From Lentisphaeria bacterium (GTDB taxonomy: Bacteria; Verrucomicrobiota; Lentisphaeria; JABSQK01; JAWLHB01): a stretch of DNA of 40,772 nucleotides. The stretch is taken from contig JAWLHB010000060.1 in NCBI GenBank assembly GCA_041690595.1, positions 1 through 40,772 on the forward strand. Reading direction: 5' to 3'. Below, piece after piece: positions 26,590 to 37,183 of this stretch. The position numbers and the translations under genes are program-made. Below the pieces are notes generated by a model that was given only the letters and a program-made list of their open reading frames with translations, was not told the DNA's origin and made no database searches. Each line of letters starts with the position of its first letter. Positions within the stretch are counted from its first letter, which is position 1.

Positions 26590-27582
26590 TCAAATGGCCG
26601 GCATGGCGCGCCAGCGGTCGATGATCGTGTCGTACTCGGGATCGCTCTGCCAGCTCGCGATGCCGTCGTGGTCGGCAAGCCAGCCGATCGTGCGGCGGAC
26701 CCCCTCGACGAACGGGATGCTCTGGGTGAAGCCGAGTTCCCTCTGCGCGGCGCTCATGTCGTAGATGCCGGGATACTGAAGGCTGCGTAAGACCTGCGCG
26801 GCGCGGGTTGGCGCCAGTTGACCAAGCACCTCCGCCGGGATATGCACCAGTTCCGGCTCTTGGCACGACATGGCCGCGGCGATACCGGCATAATACTGGT
26901 CCCACGTCATCCACTCCGTCCCACAGGCATTGTAGGTGCGACCGTAAGCGACAGGATTGCCGGCAGCGGCTGCGAAGATGGCAGCCACATCGTCGGCATG
27001 AAGGGCGGACCACAGCCCGTTGCCATCGCCGTGCACCACCAGCGCCTTGCCATGGCGGATGCGATCCAGCATGGCCGTCGTATTGCCGAGGCTGTGAAGG
27101 ATGTTGCCACCCTCGCCATAGGTGTGCCCCGGGCGAATGATCGTCAGCGCGTACCCGCCGTTCTTGTCCATTCCACGGTGCAACACCTCGCACATACCCT
27201 TATCGATGCCGTTCTTGTACGTGACCCCGAAACGGTGATCTTCGCGCACCGGATAGCTGTCCGGCGGCTTGGCGTAGACATTGGTGGTGCTGCAGAAGAT
27301 CACCTGCGTGGCGCAGCCCCGGCAGCCTTCGGCAAGGGCGCTGGCATCGTCGGGATCGGAGCAGATCATGTCGATGACGCAATCCCACGGTCCGGCTTCG
27401 CGGATAGTGGCCGAAAAGGCATCGCGCTCAGTACGGTCACCGACCAGAAGCTTGCAGCTGCCGGTGAAACGGCTTGGGGTGAGCCCCCGGTTGAAGAGGG
27501 TCACCTCCTCGCCACGATCGATGAGCTGCTGCGTCACGGCCGTGCTTATCAGGCCCGTTCCGCCGATAATCAGGATCTTCAT
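26590..27582 (-). CDS. NAD-dependent epimerase/dehydratase (extended/atypical SDR)
   Basis: MKILIIGGTGLIS, FNRG, IRPGHTYG, HGDG…LHADDVA and YN motifs. Confidence 0.85.
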   Translation of the reverse strand: MKILIIGGTGLISTAVTQQLIDRGEEVTLFNRGLTPSRFTGSCKLLVGDRTERDAFSATIREAGPWDCVIDMICSDPDDASALAEGCRGCATQVIFCSTTNVYAKPPDSYPVREDHRFGVTYKNGIDKGMCEVLHRGMDKNGGYALTIIRPGHTYGEGGNILHSLGNTTAMLDRIRHGKALVVHGDGNGLWSALHADDVAAIFAAAAGNPVAYGRTYNACGTEWMTWDQYYAGIAAAMSCQEPELVHIPAEVLGQLAPTRAAQVLRSLQYPGIYDMSAAQRELGFTQSIPFVEGVRRTIGWLADHDGIASWQSDPEYDTIIDRWRAMPAI

Positions 27583-27624
27583 GAAATACCCTCTAAGGTT
27601 GGATACTGGAGTACCCCTCGGCCT

Positions 27625-29673
27625 TCAACGCAGACCGAAGGTTCGCAAGGTAAAGCTGTCGGTTCGGAAGGGAGAAGCGGGAAGGCCACTGCCGTTGTAG
27701 AGGTTGACCGTAGGATTGTCGGCCCAGCCATAGCGCACCGCAACTGGTTCCGCAACCTTGTCTGACCAGACCAGAACCGAATCGCCGTCTATCTCGGCCT
27801 CTGCCCAGACCCACTTCTGATCCACGCCGCAAATGGCGAATCCCTCCAGTTGGCTTGTCGGAGAGTTGCGCAACAGAGGCGCCCGCCGACCCGCCTGAAT
27901 GTAGACATCATGCGTGGCTGGTATCGCGTGGGCGACAAGCCCCCCGTCCGTATGCTCGAACCCGATGCGCATCTTCCCATCCTCCACGGCGCGGGAGGAC
28001 CACGTGGGACCTGACCATGCAAGCTCACGCCCATAGCTCTTCGCCAGGGCAATGCGCGCCAGTCGTTCCCCCGCCGCCTGCTTGTTCCACGGATGGATGT
28101 TGCCCGCTTCGCCGATATCGATCAGGACCGCCTGCCCAGTATGCGGCAGGGAGAGGGCCAGCCCCTGCGCTTCCCGCAACTCGGCCCAGTTGGACTCCGC
28201 GGGCTCCGGCAGCTTCGGCCCGTAGTTGGCCAACTGGCAGTAGTAGAAGGGCATGGAGGGCGTATTCCAATGTCGCCGCCAGTTTTCGATAAGCATGGGA
28301 AAGAGGGTGCGATAACGCCAGGCGCGAGTCGCATTGGACTCCCCCTGGTACCAGATCACACCGCGGATCGAGAAGGGTACGATCGGATGGATCATGCCGT
28401 TGAAGATCGCTCCGGGCAACCCCTGCGGGTGCGAGAGTGCGGCGGGTGGGCGCGGCGCGGCGCGGACAACCAATTCCGGAATGGCATACTCCTGTCGCGT
28501 CAGCCATTCGCCCGCAAGGGAGAGAGCCCCCAGCTTCAGCACCCTGCCCACCAGGGAAGGCGACGCGGATGGATTGAAGACCCGAATCGCCAGTGTAGCG
28601 GCCCCGGAACCAACCAGATCGGCCGGGATCACGATCTGACGGGCGTACGGTGAACCGGGTAGCTCCTCCGGCCGCGTGGCGCCAACCAGCCGACCATTCC
28701 AATAGACCTCCTCGAAGCCGGAGATGTCGCCCAAAACCAGTATTCCCTGCTTCCCCGCCTGCCGCTCGCCGATCTCGACCCGCCGGCGAAACCACAGCGC
28801 TCCCGGAACGCCTGGAGCCTCCGCCTGCCGGGACAACGGCAGCATGATCGGCTGCCATGCCTCGACAGCAATCTCGTCACCTGCGTATACCGATGGCTCC
28901 TCCAGGCGGCGATCACCACGTCCACTCTCTTCCAGCCATCGAGCGAACTCAACTCTGTACTCCTCGATCAGCTTGGGATACGCCCGTGCGGCCTGCAGCC
29001 GCTCCTCGATGGCGGGGGCGTATTCCGGCTCAGCGCGCAAGGCATCCGGACTGATCCATGACTCGATGGCCGTTCCGCCCCAACTGGCATTGATCAGACC
29101 GATCGGTACCGACATCTCCGCCTGCAGCCGCTGCGCGAAGTAATAGCCCACCGCCGTGAAGTCGGGCAGGTGCTCCGGGTCGGCAATCACCCACTCGCCC
29201 CGGCATTCCTCCAGCGGGTCCAGTGACGCGCTCAGCTCGATCTTGAAATGACGGATCAGCGGGTTGGCGGGTTTGGCAAGCTCATCCGCCGCATCCTTGT
29301 CGCCCCGCATGGCAAACTGCATGTTGGACTGCCCGGACGCAAGCCAGACTTCCCCGATCAGCACATCCCGAATACGCACGGTATTCTGGCCCGTAACCGT
29401 CAGCTCGAAGGGACCGGCCCCCAGCCCCGTCAGCGCCAGGCGCGTCAGCCAGGCTCCTGTTGCATCCGCCTGCACCACCGCCTGGCGGTCGCCGATGGAG
29501 ATCGTCACCGCTTCCCCCGGCTCCGCCTTTCCCCAGATCGCCGTCGTCTCGTCACCCGCCAGCACCATGTGGTCGGAGAAGATCGGCGGCAACCGGACTT
29601 CGGCGTGAGACCTGCCACTCCACGCGCAGGCGATCGCCATCAGCATCAGAAGCCTTGCCATGTTGCGCCTCAT
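27625..29673 (-). CDS. Secreted sialate O-acetylesterase (SASA/SGNH) with inserted sugar-binding domain
   Basis: Signal peptide; LPPIFSDHMVL, GEVWLASGQSNM, WGGT.IESW, GVIWYQGESN, NIHPWNK, VRYGW and LPASPFRTD motifs. Confidence 0.92.
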   Translation of the reverse strand: MRRNMARLLMLMAIACAWSGRSHAEVRLPPIFSDHMVLAGDETTAIWGKAEPGEAVTISIGDRQAVVQADATGAWLTRLALTGLGAGPFELTVTGQNTVRIRDVLIGEVWLASGQSNMQFAMRGDKDAADELAKPANPLIRHFKIELSASLDPLEECRGEWVIADPEHLPDFTAVGYYFAQRLQAEMSVPIGLINASWGGTAIESWISPDALRAEPEYAPAIEERLQAARAYPKLIEEYRVEFARWLEESGRGDRRLEEPSVYAGDEIAVEAWQPIMLPLSRQAEAPGVPGALWFRRRVEIGERQAGKQGILVLGDISGFEEVYWNGRLVGATRPEELPGSPYARQIVIPADLVGSGAATLAIRVFNPSASPSLVGRVLKLGALSLAGEWLTRQEYAIPELVVRAAPRPPAALSHPQGLPGAIFNGMIHPIVPFSIRGVIWYQGESNATRAWRYRTLFPMLIENWRRHWNTPSMPFYYCQLANYGPKLPEPAESNWAELREAQGLALSLPHTGQAVLIDIGEAGNIHPWNKQAAGERLARIALAKSYGRELAWSGPTWSSRAVEDGKMRIGFEHTDGGLVAHAIPATHDVYIQAGRRAPLLRNSPTSQLEGFAICGVDQKWVWAEAEIDGDSVLVWSDKVAEPVAVRYGWADNPTVNLYNGSGLPASPFRTDSFTLRTFGLR

Positions 29674-32306
29674 TCCTCCGGGGGGTCCGCCAGCAGGAAG
29701 ACCCGATCGTAGCTGCCGCCGTGATCGAAGCTCTTGAAGAGGCGGAAGGCAATGGTGTTGCGTTCACCCGGTCGCACGTGGGCCGTGATGTCGAACATCC
29801 GGCTGTGATTGTAGTCCATCCAGAAGTAACTCGGGCCGCGCCAGATGGGATCGCGATACTCCCCATGATCGAAGGCGACCGCCTCACCGTTGATCCAGAT
29901 GCGCAGCGCCCGGGCAATGATGCTCGGGAAGTAAAGTACGACCTTCTCACGCCCGGCAAAGCTGGCGGGCACCTCCACCTCCGTGCGATAGAAGTAGGCC
30001 GCGGGATCGCGCTGCGTCTGGTACTTGATGTCCGGCACCTGCGTCGAATCCCACTTCTCCAGGTGATCGACGGAGACCTCCGGGCGGTGCCAGCCCCGGG
30101 CAAAGGCCAGGTTGCTCGTATCCAGAGCGACGGCCATCTCGCGCGGCAGGACCACCGAGGCGGCCGCCCCCCCAATGGTCTCCGCCCAGATCCGATACTT
30201 GTTGAACCACCCGTTCGCACGATAGCGGCGAAGGTTGTGCACCTTGCTGCGATCCGGATCCGTCTGCATCGGATTGATGAAATGCGAGTAGTACTGGTTG
30301 AGCCGCTCCCGAATCTCAAAGGCAGGTTCCATCATGGCGGCGCCGGCCGCGAAGTCGCCCGTCTCGCGGGTATGATCGATGCCGTCGCACCACGCATCCA
30401 TGGCCTGCTGAAAGAGTTCCACCGTCGCAAAATGCTCCTGTTCACGCTCGCCATCGACGAGTGGCTTGGCGGCCGCCAGGGCCTGCCGCGCGCTGGCGCG
30501 GGTGGCGGCATCGATGATCAGGTGATTGTCCCAGATCTCGTTGCTGCACATGTCCGGGATCTCGTCCATGCGCTGCTCGAAGACCCGGTAGTAGGCATGC
30601 ATGGCCGCGGCGGCGCGCTCGCCGAAGCGGATGCGGCAATACTCGGCCACCAAATCGTTGTAGTCCAGGCTGGCGTCCCAATACAGGCGAATCGCGACCC
30701 ATGCGGTCAAACCCATGGCGCCCCAGTCGTCGAAGCCCTGAGTCGTATGCCCGGTCAGTCCCATCTCGTGGAACCACGGATAATTGCGTCCCACGATCTG
30801 CCACTGCGGCGAGAGGATGAAGTTGGACCACTGGAAGCCGATCGGCAGATAGTCGTAGTAATAGGTCTCGGCGCCGACGGCGCGCGACTGCTCCATCCAG
30901 ATCTCCAGCCATTCGCGGTAGGCGCGATTCGTCTTGCACTTGTCATCCCGTACATGGTGCAGCGGGCAGATCCCCAGCGGCGCCAGCACCAGCGCCATGG
31001 CCGGATGAACCGTCTCGATCCGCGGCGGCGTCAGGTTGTTCGCATAGACCAGAACCCCGAACTTCCGGTCGGGATGCTCCTCGCGGACCGCGTCCAGGTA
31101 CTGCCGGTGGAAGAACCACATGCGATCGGTAACCGCATGCACCCCCGAGGGCCAGTCGTACTCGTTGCTGTCCAACTGGCGAACCTCCGGCCGATCGTCC
31201 AGAACCAGCCCGTCCTCGGCGGAGATCGACAGGTAATCCTCCATCGGCGAGTTGTAGAAGGCATGGCGATAGTAGTCCGCATGCAGTTGCCACGCCTTGG
31301 GATTGGTCATGTTCGCGAAATGCGTCACAATCTTGCCGTTCACCAGCGCGTAGTACTCGTCAGGCAGTTGGCGCACCTCCTTCTTCACGGTGATCCGTTC
31401 GGCGGGACTGCCATCCTTGTTGCGGATGATCTGGTTCTTCTCGTCGCGCCGAAAGTCGGGAGCATCGATGGTGACCGTGCTGCCGAGTTCCGTCTTGGCT
31501 CCCCATTCCATCGGCAACCGCGAAGCATGGGACTGATTGATCCGCGGATCGCCCAACGCCCGGTGCGCACTCCCCTTGTTGCGCAGCGTCCAGCGGTTGT
31601 ACTCGGCTCCCGATCCCATCGTGCACCACCAGTAGCGCTGAATCGGATGCGAGGGATTCTCTGTCACCTCCAGCTCGACCGCCAGGTCTGCCGACTGGGG
31701 ATAGATCTCCCCCAGGCTGCCGGGCATGATCCACCGGCACCCCAACTGCTCGAGCAGGGCATAAGCCCCGTGCAGCGTCCCGCGAGCCGTGCGGCCGGTC
31801 ACAATCAGCCGATCCGGTCGCGTGCGAATCAGAAAGCCATGCGGATCGAGCGCCTCGATCTCCGCCGCCAGTCCTTCGGCGCGAGCCAGTTCGGCACCGA
31901 GCAGAATGCGGATACCGTCGGGCTGCGCCGCCCCCGCCTCGGGACGGGCTATCGTCAGCGTCACCCCGGAGATTTTCTCGATGAACTCGACCAACTCCTG
32001 GGCTGCCAGCACCTCGTCGTCCCCCGCCCGCTTGGCCTCGCGTTGCCGCAAGGCGGGCAGCTTTGCCACGACCGCCGCCAGTTGCTCCGCCGAAGCATTC
32101 GGAAAGCGCTCACGCGCAAAGGCCTCGATCTGTTCCGGCGTCGCATTGGCATAGCGATCCCATTCGGTTTCCGCCGGCAGAACGATCGTGGCGATAGCCT
32201 TTCCATCCCTCACCAGATCCACGCCGGATGCCCACTGCGCCGTCAAGCCCAGCAGCACCGCCGCCGCCAGCAGCACCGCCGCCGGATTGTGTCGTTTCCC
32301 CTTCAT
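29670..32306 (-). CDS. Secreted DUF4838-like putative glycoside hydrolase
   Basis: RBS GGAGGACAAGGAG; signal peptide; GH20/67-like N-domain (AAQEL..FIEKISG, GTLHGAY.LLE.LGCRW..PG); LYWDA…EYC…FG; C-terminal beta-sandwich. Confidence 0.72.
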   Translation of the reverse strand: MKGKRHNPAAVLLAAAVLLGLTAQWASGVDLVRDGKAIATIVLPAETEWDRYANATPEQIEAFARERFPNASAEQLAAVVAKLPALRQREAKRAGDDEVLAAQELVEFIEKISGVTLTIARPEAGAAQPDGIRILLGAELARAEGLAAEIEALDPHGFLIRTRPDRLIVTGRTARGTLHGAYALLEQLGCRWIMPGSLGEIYPQSADLAVELEVTENPSHPIQRYWWCTMGSGAEYNRWTLRNKGSAHRALGDPRINQSHASRLPMEWGAKTELGSTVTIDAPDFRRDEKNQIIRNKDGSPAERITVKKEVRQLPDEYYALVNGKIVTHFANMTNPKAWQLHADYYRHAFYNSPMEDYLSISAEDGLVLDDRPEVRQLDSNEYDWPSGVHAVTDRMWFFHRQYLDAVREEHPDRKFGVLVYANNLTPPRIETVHPAMALVLAPLGICPLHHVRDDKCKTNRAYREWLEIWMEQSRAVGAETYYYDYLPIGFQWSNFILSPQWQIVGRNYPWFHEMGLTGHTTQGFDDWGAMGLTAWVAIRLYWDASLDYNDLVAEYCRIRFGERAAAAMHAYYRVFEQRMDEIPDMCSNEIWDNHLIIDAATRASARQALAAAKPLVDGEREQEHFATVELFQQAMDAWCDGIDHTRETGDFAAGAAMMEPAFEIRERLNQYYSHFINPMQTDPDRSKVHNLRRYRANGWFNKYRIWAETIGGAAASVVLPREMAVALDTSNLAFARGWHRPEVSVDHLEKWDSTQVPDIKYQTQRDPAAYFYRTEVEVPASFAGREKVVLYFPSIIARALRIWINGEAVAFDHGEYRDPIWRGPSYFWMDYNHSRMFDITAHVRPGERNTIAFRLFKSFDHGGSYDRVFLLADPPEE

Positions 32307-32350
32307 CTCCTTGTCCTCCGTTGGTCTTCGGTTTACGATCATGGTGACAT

Positions 32351-33691
32351 TCAACTTGAAGATACGTCCAGATTGGCGCCGCGCGCGAGCACCACGCTCC
32401 GGACCTCGTCGGCCGGCACGTCGCGGATCGCGCACCGGCGGCTGGCGGCCATGGCGGCGGCGATGCCCGCGGCCTGCCCCATCATCGCCCCGGCCGGTGA
32501 AACCCGCGCCGTGGACTGCGCCAGCACATCCGCGGAAAGGCACCGACCCGCCATCAGCAGGTTGACCCCGTCTCGGGCAATCAGGCTGCCCAGCGGGATC
32601 TGGTAGGGAGGCACGCCCATGTCGGCGTGGCTGACGTGATAGGTACGCTTGTCGGTGTCGGGGCTGTGGGCATCGATGTACCAGGTGCCTCGGGCAACCC
32701 CATCCGAGAAGGCGCGGCCTGCCCGCACATCGGCCTCGGTGAGCAGGTAATCGCCCACAATGCGCCGCCCTTCCCGGATGCCGATGATGGGAGAGCAATG
32801 ATCGAGAACCCACGGGCGCTTCTCCACCCGCTGATAGTAATCCAGAACGTGGGCAACCTGCCGGCGCGCCTGGATCTCCGCACCCGTCATGCTCTCCGTA
32901 TCGGTCGATTCATAGCCGACAACCTTGATCTTCAGCGCTACCGAGCGTGGGCCGTTCGGCCACACGGTGACCATCGGCAGGTCGTCCTTCGACCCGATCG
33001 GACCGAAGAGCCCCTCGGGGATCTGCTCCGGCACATACTCGATATACTGGTCCTCCCACGAATACCGAAAGCGCGGCGCATTCAATTCCTCCGGCTCCAC
33101 GCAGCGCATGAAAGCCATCATCGACATGGCCAGCGCCTTGCCGTCGCTTTCCCGGCCCTTCTTGGTGGCAAAACCGGCCGCATGGGCCAACTGCGCCTCA
33201 CCGCTGCAGTCGATATAGACCCGCGCCCGCACCGCTTCAGGCCCCGATTGACCGCAGACGATCAGCTCCGAGATCTCCCCATCATGCACGATCGCATCGA
33301 CAAAGCGGGTGTGAAGCAGCAGCTTGACGCCCCGCTCGAGCAACAGCTCCTGCAGGACCAGCGCCAGGATCTCATGGTCGAAAAGCTGCTCACGCGTATG
33401 ATGCGGGCTCTCCCGCAGCGGCCCCAGCGCGTGGAAGCGCGACAACTCCGCCAGGATCCTGTCGAAGACCTCGCCGAGACCGCGCGTATCGCCGGAGAAG
33501 TTGGCGACTCCCCCCGTCGTGAGCACGCCGCCGGTGATGGCGAAGCGCTCGATCAGAATCACGGAAGCGCCGGACGCAGCCGCCGCGCAGGCCGCGCATA
33601 CCCCGGCAATTCCTCCACCGACCACCGCCACATCTGCCTCATACCGCAACGGAACCTCCCGCGCATACGCGATACCGACTGACTCAGCCAT
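32351..33691 (-). CDS. FAD-dependent oxidoreductase (FAD_oxidored-like)
   Basis: DVAVVGGGIAGVCAA, IDCSGEA, GIREGRRIVGDY.LT, YQIPL.SL, AGRCLS and MGQAAG motifs. Confidence 0.9.
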   Translation of the reverse strand: MAESVGIAYAREVPLRYEADVAVVGGGIAGVCAACAAAASGASVILIERFAITGGVLTTGGVANFSGDTRGLGEVFDRILAELSRFHALGPLRESPHHTREQLFDHEILALVLQELLLERGVKLLLHTRFVDAIVHDGEISELIVCGQSGPEAVRARVYIDCSGEAQLAHAAGFATKKGRESDGKALAMSMMAFMRCVEPEELNAPRFRYSWEDQYIEYVPEQIPEGLFGPIGSKDDLPMVTVWPNGPRSVALKIKVVGYESTDTESMTGAEIQARRQVAHVLDYYQRVEKRPWVLDHCSPIIGIREGRRIVGDYLLTEADVRAGRAFSDGVARGTWYIDAHSPDTDKRTYHVSHADMGVPPYQIPLGSLIARDGVNLLMAGRCLSADVLAQSTARVSPAGAMMGQAAGIAAAMAASRRCAIRDVPADEVRSVVLARGANLDVSSS

Positions 33692-35852
33692 CTGCTTTCC
33701 CCCTTGCCGGCAGCGTCAGTCGCCGCCGTTCGTTACCATGGATCAACTCGATCTCCCGTTCGCCGGGAAGAAGATTCTTTACCTCGACGGAAATCAGCTT
33801 GCCGCCCGAGATCCGGGCGCTGACCACCAGCCCATGGCCGGCATGAAGGTTCTCGAAGGCGACCTCACCCCACTCCGGATCGGCGCCGCTCAACAACCGC
33901 AGGGTAGTCGGTGTCGCGCTCGCCAGCATGCCGTTGACACTCCAGACCATCGCCGCGTGTCCCGTTCCGAACCAGTGGTTGTACAACTCGCCGTGGTAGA
34001 AGACCCGTTCCGGAATGCCCCCAAAGTAGTTGACCGACGCGAGGGCGTTCCGCAGCAGCGCCCCCGCCCGGGCATCGCCAATCCCGGCAAAGCAGCGCGC
34101 CGCCCAGAGGGTCGCCCACGGAAAAGCCTTCTCTCCATAGCGCGTGACGCCGTGGAAATTGTAGAGATCCATCTCCGGATCGTAGTTCTCCATCATTCTG
34201 GCGAGTGTCGGCAAGAGGGCCGGGTGCTCCGGAAAGAGATCGAAGATCAGGGAGCCCCAGTGCGGCAGCGCCCCGGTATGGAACGATTGAAGCACGCCAT
34301 GCTCATCCACATTCCTCTGCAGACCGGCCGACAACCCCTCGATGATCCGATCGAGTCCGTCTATGGCGGCGGGTCGCGAAAGAAGCCGCAGCGCCTCCCG
34401 GTACTCGATCAGCGCCTTCAACGTGATCGCGTTAGTCCAGGTATCGTTCACCTTCTCGTTGTCGTACGATTCATCCAGACCCGCGCACTTGGCCACTACG
34501 AGATGATCCCCGCAATCCTGCAGGCAGTGATCCGTGACGAAGAGCAGCAGCGCCTCCACCATGTCGACCCGCTTGGCGAGCAGGGCGAGATCCCCAGTGT
34601 ACGGATACGAGAGGAAGATCTGGTGCGCCCAGACCGCGTTGTTGTGATACTGGTTGCTCGGCGGCGTATACGGCGTCATGTCCCGCGACGTCACCGTCCA
34701 TTCCAGCCGTTCGCCAGCGGCGCCGAGGCTCGCCGCCAGCTCCCGCGCGGGCTCGCGGAAGCGCGCCAGATGGTCGAGGATCCGCTCGGCCTCGGCCAGA
34801 TTCCCACAGGTCAGAAAGGCCTCCCGGCAGAACGCCGAATCCCAGAACATGACCCCCTGCCAGAGGTGGGGGAAGATGCCCACCGGCTGAAAGCCACTCT
34901 CTGGATGGTGGTTCGCCCGCAAGAGGTAACGACTCACCTCGTAGACGTACTGCACGGCTGGATCGGGCAGCGTCACCCGGCTCGTCGCAAAGTAATCGCC
35001 CCACTCGCTCACGTGCCCGGCGCGCAGCTCGTCGTAACTCAGCTCGTGACACCGCCCCCAGATGCTCTCCAGGCGCGCCGCGGGATCGGCGGCGTCTTCA
35101 TTGTCGACCACGGCCAGGTAACGGGTGACGCAGTCGCCCGCTTGCAGAGGGACGGTCGACATCCTGCCGAGGACCCAGCCCCGGCTCTCATTCCGCATGA
35201 CGCTGCTGCCGGCAGCCGCGGCGGTGAACCAGGATCGTGCCCGCCCGCTCCAGCTGTCGACCGCATACTCGTACGCCATGCAGGATGCCCCCTCGTCGAG
35301 GTCGAGGCTGACCCGGTCCATCGTGACGATCGGCCTGTGGAGCGCCAGATAGGGCACCGATGGCGCCCCAAGGAAGAAGGCGAAGGCCGCGCCGGAGCTG
35401 GGTGCGGCGAGCACCTCGTAGTGCTCGACCAGCAGATGCTCGCGCGTCATGAAGGTCGTCACCTTCACCCGCAAGCGTTCCAGCGTGCGATTGTCGAGCT
35501 GCTCGATGAAGGTGTGCAGCGTGGCGGTCAGCGGATCGAAGAACTGCCGGCAGGTGCGGGGGACGATCGTATCGCCATTGAGGATGGGCGCGGAGGAAAA
35601 CTCGAGGAGCGGAAAAACATTCCCATAGACGATATCCTCCCCCACCCGCACCCGCCGGTCCGACTTGAACCAGCCGACCGAACGCAGGAAGGAATAGCAG
35701 GCGCCCTTCTCCTGATCCCAGATCTCGGTGGCCGTGTCCCCCGACCCCATGATGTTGATCGAGACGGCATCCACGCCATTGGCCAGCACCATCGGGTAAT
35801 ACGGCCGCTCCGTGAAGCGCCCCCCCCATTCCGTGCGTTCGAAGCTCATCAA
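33684..35852 (-). CDS. Putative GH65-like (alpha/alpha)6-barrel glycoside hydrolase/phosphorylase
   Basis: H..EW..YF, WQGVMFWDS (cf. GH65 FWD), AGLDES (cf. GPDE) and VNDTWTN motifs; no signal peptide. Confidence 0.6.
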   Translation of the reverse strand: MMSFERTEWGGRFTERPYYPMVLANGVDAVSINIMGSGDTATEIWDQEKGACYSFLRSVGWFKSDRRVRVGEDIVYGNVFPLLEFSSAPILNGDTIVPRTCRQFFDPLTATLHTFIEQLDNRTLERLRVKVTTFMTREHLLVEHYEVLAAPSSGAAFAFFLGAPSVPYLALHRPIVTMDRVSLDLDEGASCMAYEYAVDSWSGRARSWFTAAAAGSSVMRNESRGWVLGRMSTVPLQAGDCVTRYLAVVDNEDAADPAARLESIWGRCHELSYDELRAGHVSEWGDYFATSRVTLPDPAVQYVYEVSRYLLRANHHPESGFQPVGIFPHLWQGVMFWDSAFCREAFLTCGNLAEAERILDHLARFREPARELAASLGAAGERLEWTVTSRDMTPYTPPSNQYHNNAVWAHQIFLSYPYTGDLALLAKRVDMVEALLLFVTDHCLQDCGDHLVVAKCAGLDESYDNEKVNDTWTNAITLKALIEYREALRLLSRPAAIDGLDRIIEGLSAGLQRNVDEHGVLQSFHTGALPHWGSLIFDLFPEHPALLPTLARMMENYDPEMDLYNFHGVTRYGEKAFPWATLWAARCFAGIGDARAGALLRNALASVNYFGGIPERVFYHGELYNHWFGTGHAAMVWSVNGMLASATPTTLRLLSGADPEWGEVAFENLHAGHGLVVSARISGGKLISVEVKNLLPGEREIELIHGNERRRLTLPARGKADG

Positions 35853-37132
35853 GCGATTCCTCCCGGGTGGTTGCGGCTGGCATGACCGTCGGCATCGACC
35901 TCCGCGCTCCAGATGGAGAACGCCTCGCGCAAGGCGGCGACCCGCTCCGGATAGAGGCTCGACAGATCGACGCTCTCCCCCAGATCGTCATCCAGATTGA
36001 AAAGGCCCTGGCCATGACTGTGCACGACATACTTCCAGGCCCCCTCCCTCACCGCGAACTGCTCTCCCTGGCGCCAGAAGAGGCGGCGGTGAACCAAGGG
36101 CTCCCGCCTGGTCAGCAGGGGCAGCAGGCTGAGGCTGTCGAGGTGGCGCCCTGCCGGTGGCGCGATGCCGCCAATCTCCAGCATGGTCGCAAAAAGATCG
36201 GTCAGCATGACCGTATCCGCCAGCGGCGCCTGTGGCGGAACAGTTCCCGGCCAGCAGGCTATCGCCGGCACCCGATGCCCACCTTCCAGCGTCGAACCCT
36301 TGGCGCCGTTAAGGGGATGATTGTCGCAGATCAGCTCGTGCCCCCCATTGTCGGAGGTGAAGAAGAAGAAGGTCTCCTCGCCGAGCCCCAGCTCCTCCAC
36401 GTGACGGACGATTCTGCCGACGTTGGCGTCCATCGCTTCGACCATCTCACGATAGGCGCGCTTGCGATCGACGACGCTCCCGTACTTCTTCTCCGGCGCG
36501 CTATTGTCGACCCCCTTGGTGAAATCGATGGGATCGTTCGGCCCCTGCCACGGGAAGTGGACCATCCAATCCGCCACGTAGCAGAGAAAGGGCCGATCCC
36601 GGTGGGCGCTGATAAAGTCGATCGCATGGTCGCTGATCAGGTCCGTCGAATACCCCTCTTCGTTCTCGACCATGGTTTCGTCATGGTACCAGACACCCTC
36701 GCCCCAGCGATTGAAGCGGGAATGATGATCCATGCCGCCATTGTTTCCCCGAAAGATATCGAAGCCCATCTTGCGTGGAGACTGATGGGGAATGTGCCCC
36801 GTGTGGTACTTACCGAACATGCCCGTCGCATACCCCGCCTCCTTGAAGAGATGGGCGAAGGTCAGCTCATGCTCCGGCATTCCCGGCCACTTCACCGGAT
36901 CGGGGCCCAGCACATACTCCAGCCCGCAACGCTGCTGATACCGTCCCGTCAGCAACGCTGCCCGCGACGGGCTGCACATCACCCCGTTGGAGTGGCAGTC
37001 CGTCAGCAGCACCCCCCGCGCCGCCAGCGCATCGAGATTCGGCGTCGCGTGCAGCCTGCTCCCATAGCAGCCCAGATCGTCGTAGCCCAGATCGTCCGCC
37101 AGGAAGATGATAATGTTCGCTCGCTTCTCCAT
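35849..37132 (-). CDS. Formylglycine-dependent (S1, Cys-type) sulfatase
   Basis: NIIIFLADDLGY, CSPSRAALLTG, GKYH, SDNGG and EGGHRVP motifs; GGAGGAG RBS; no signal peptide. Confidence 0.95.
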   Translation of the reverse strand: MEKRANIIIFLADDLGYDDLGCYGSRLHATPNLDALAARGVLLTDCHSNGVMCSPSRAALLTGRYQQRCGLEYVLGPDPVKWPGMPEHELTFAHLFKEAGYATGMFGKYHTGHIPHQSPRKMGFDIFRGNNGGMDHHSRFNRWGEGVWYHDETMVENEEGYSTDLISDHAIDFISAHRDRPFLCYVADWMVHFPWQGPNDPIDFTKGVDNSAPEKKYGSVVDRKRAYREMVEAMDANVGRIVRHVEELGLGEETFFFFTSDNGGHELICDNHPLNGAKGSTLEGGHRVPAIACWPGTVPPQAPLADTVMLTDLFATMLEIGGIAPPAGRHLDSLSLLPLLTRREPLVHRRLFWRQGEQFAVREGAWKYVVHSHGQGLFNLDDDLGESVDLSSLYPERVAALREAFSIWSAEVDADGHASRNHPGGIA

Positions 37133-37183
37133 CGGCACTACTCCTCCAGCGTACTTACTCACGGACAGAATCCCAGAATCGCT

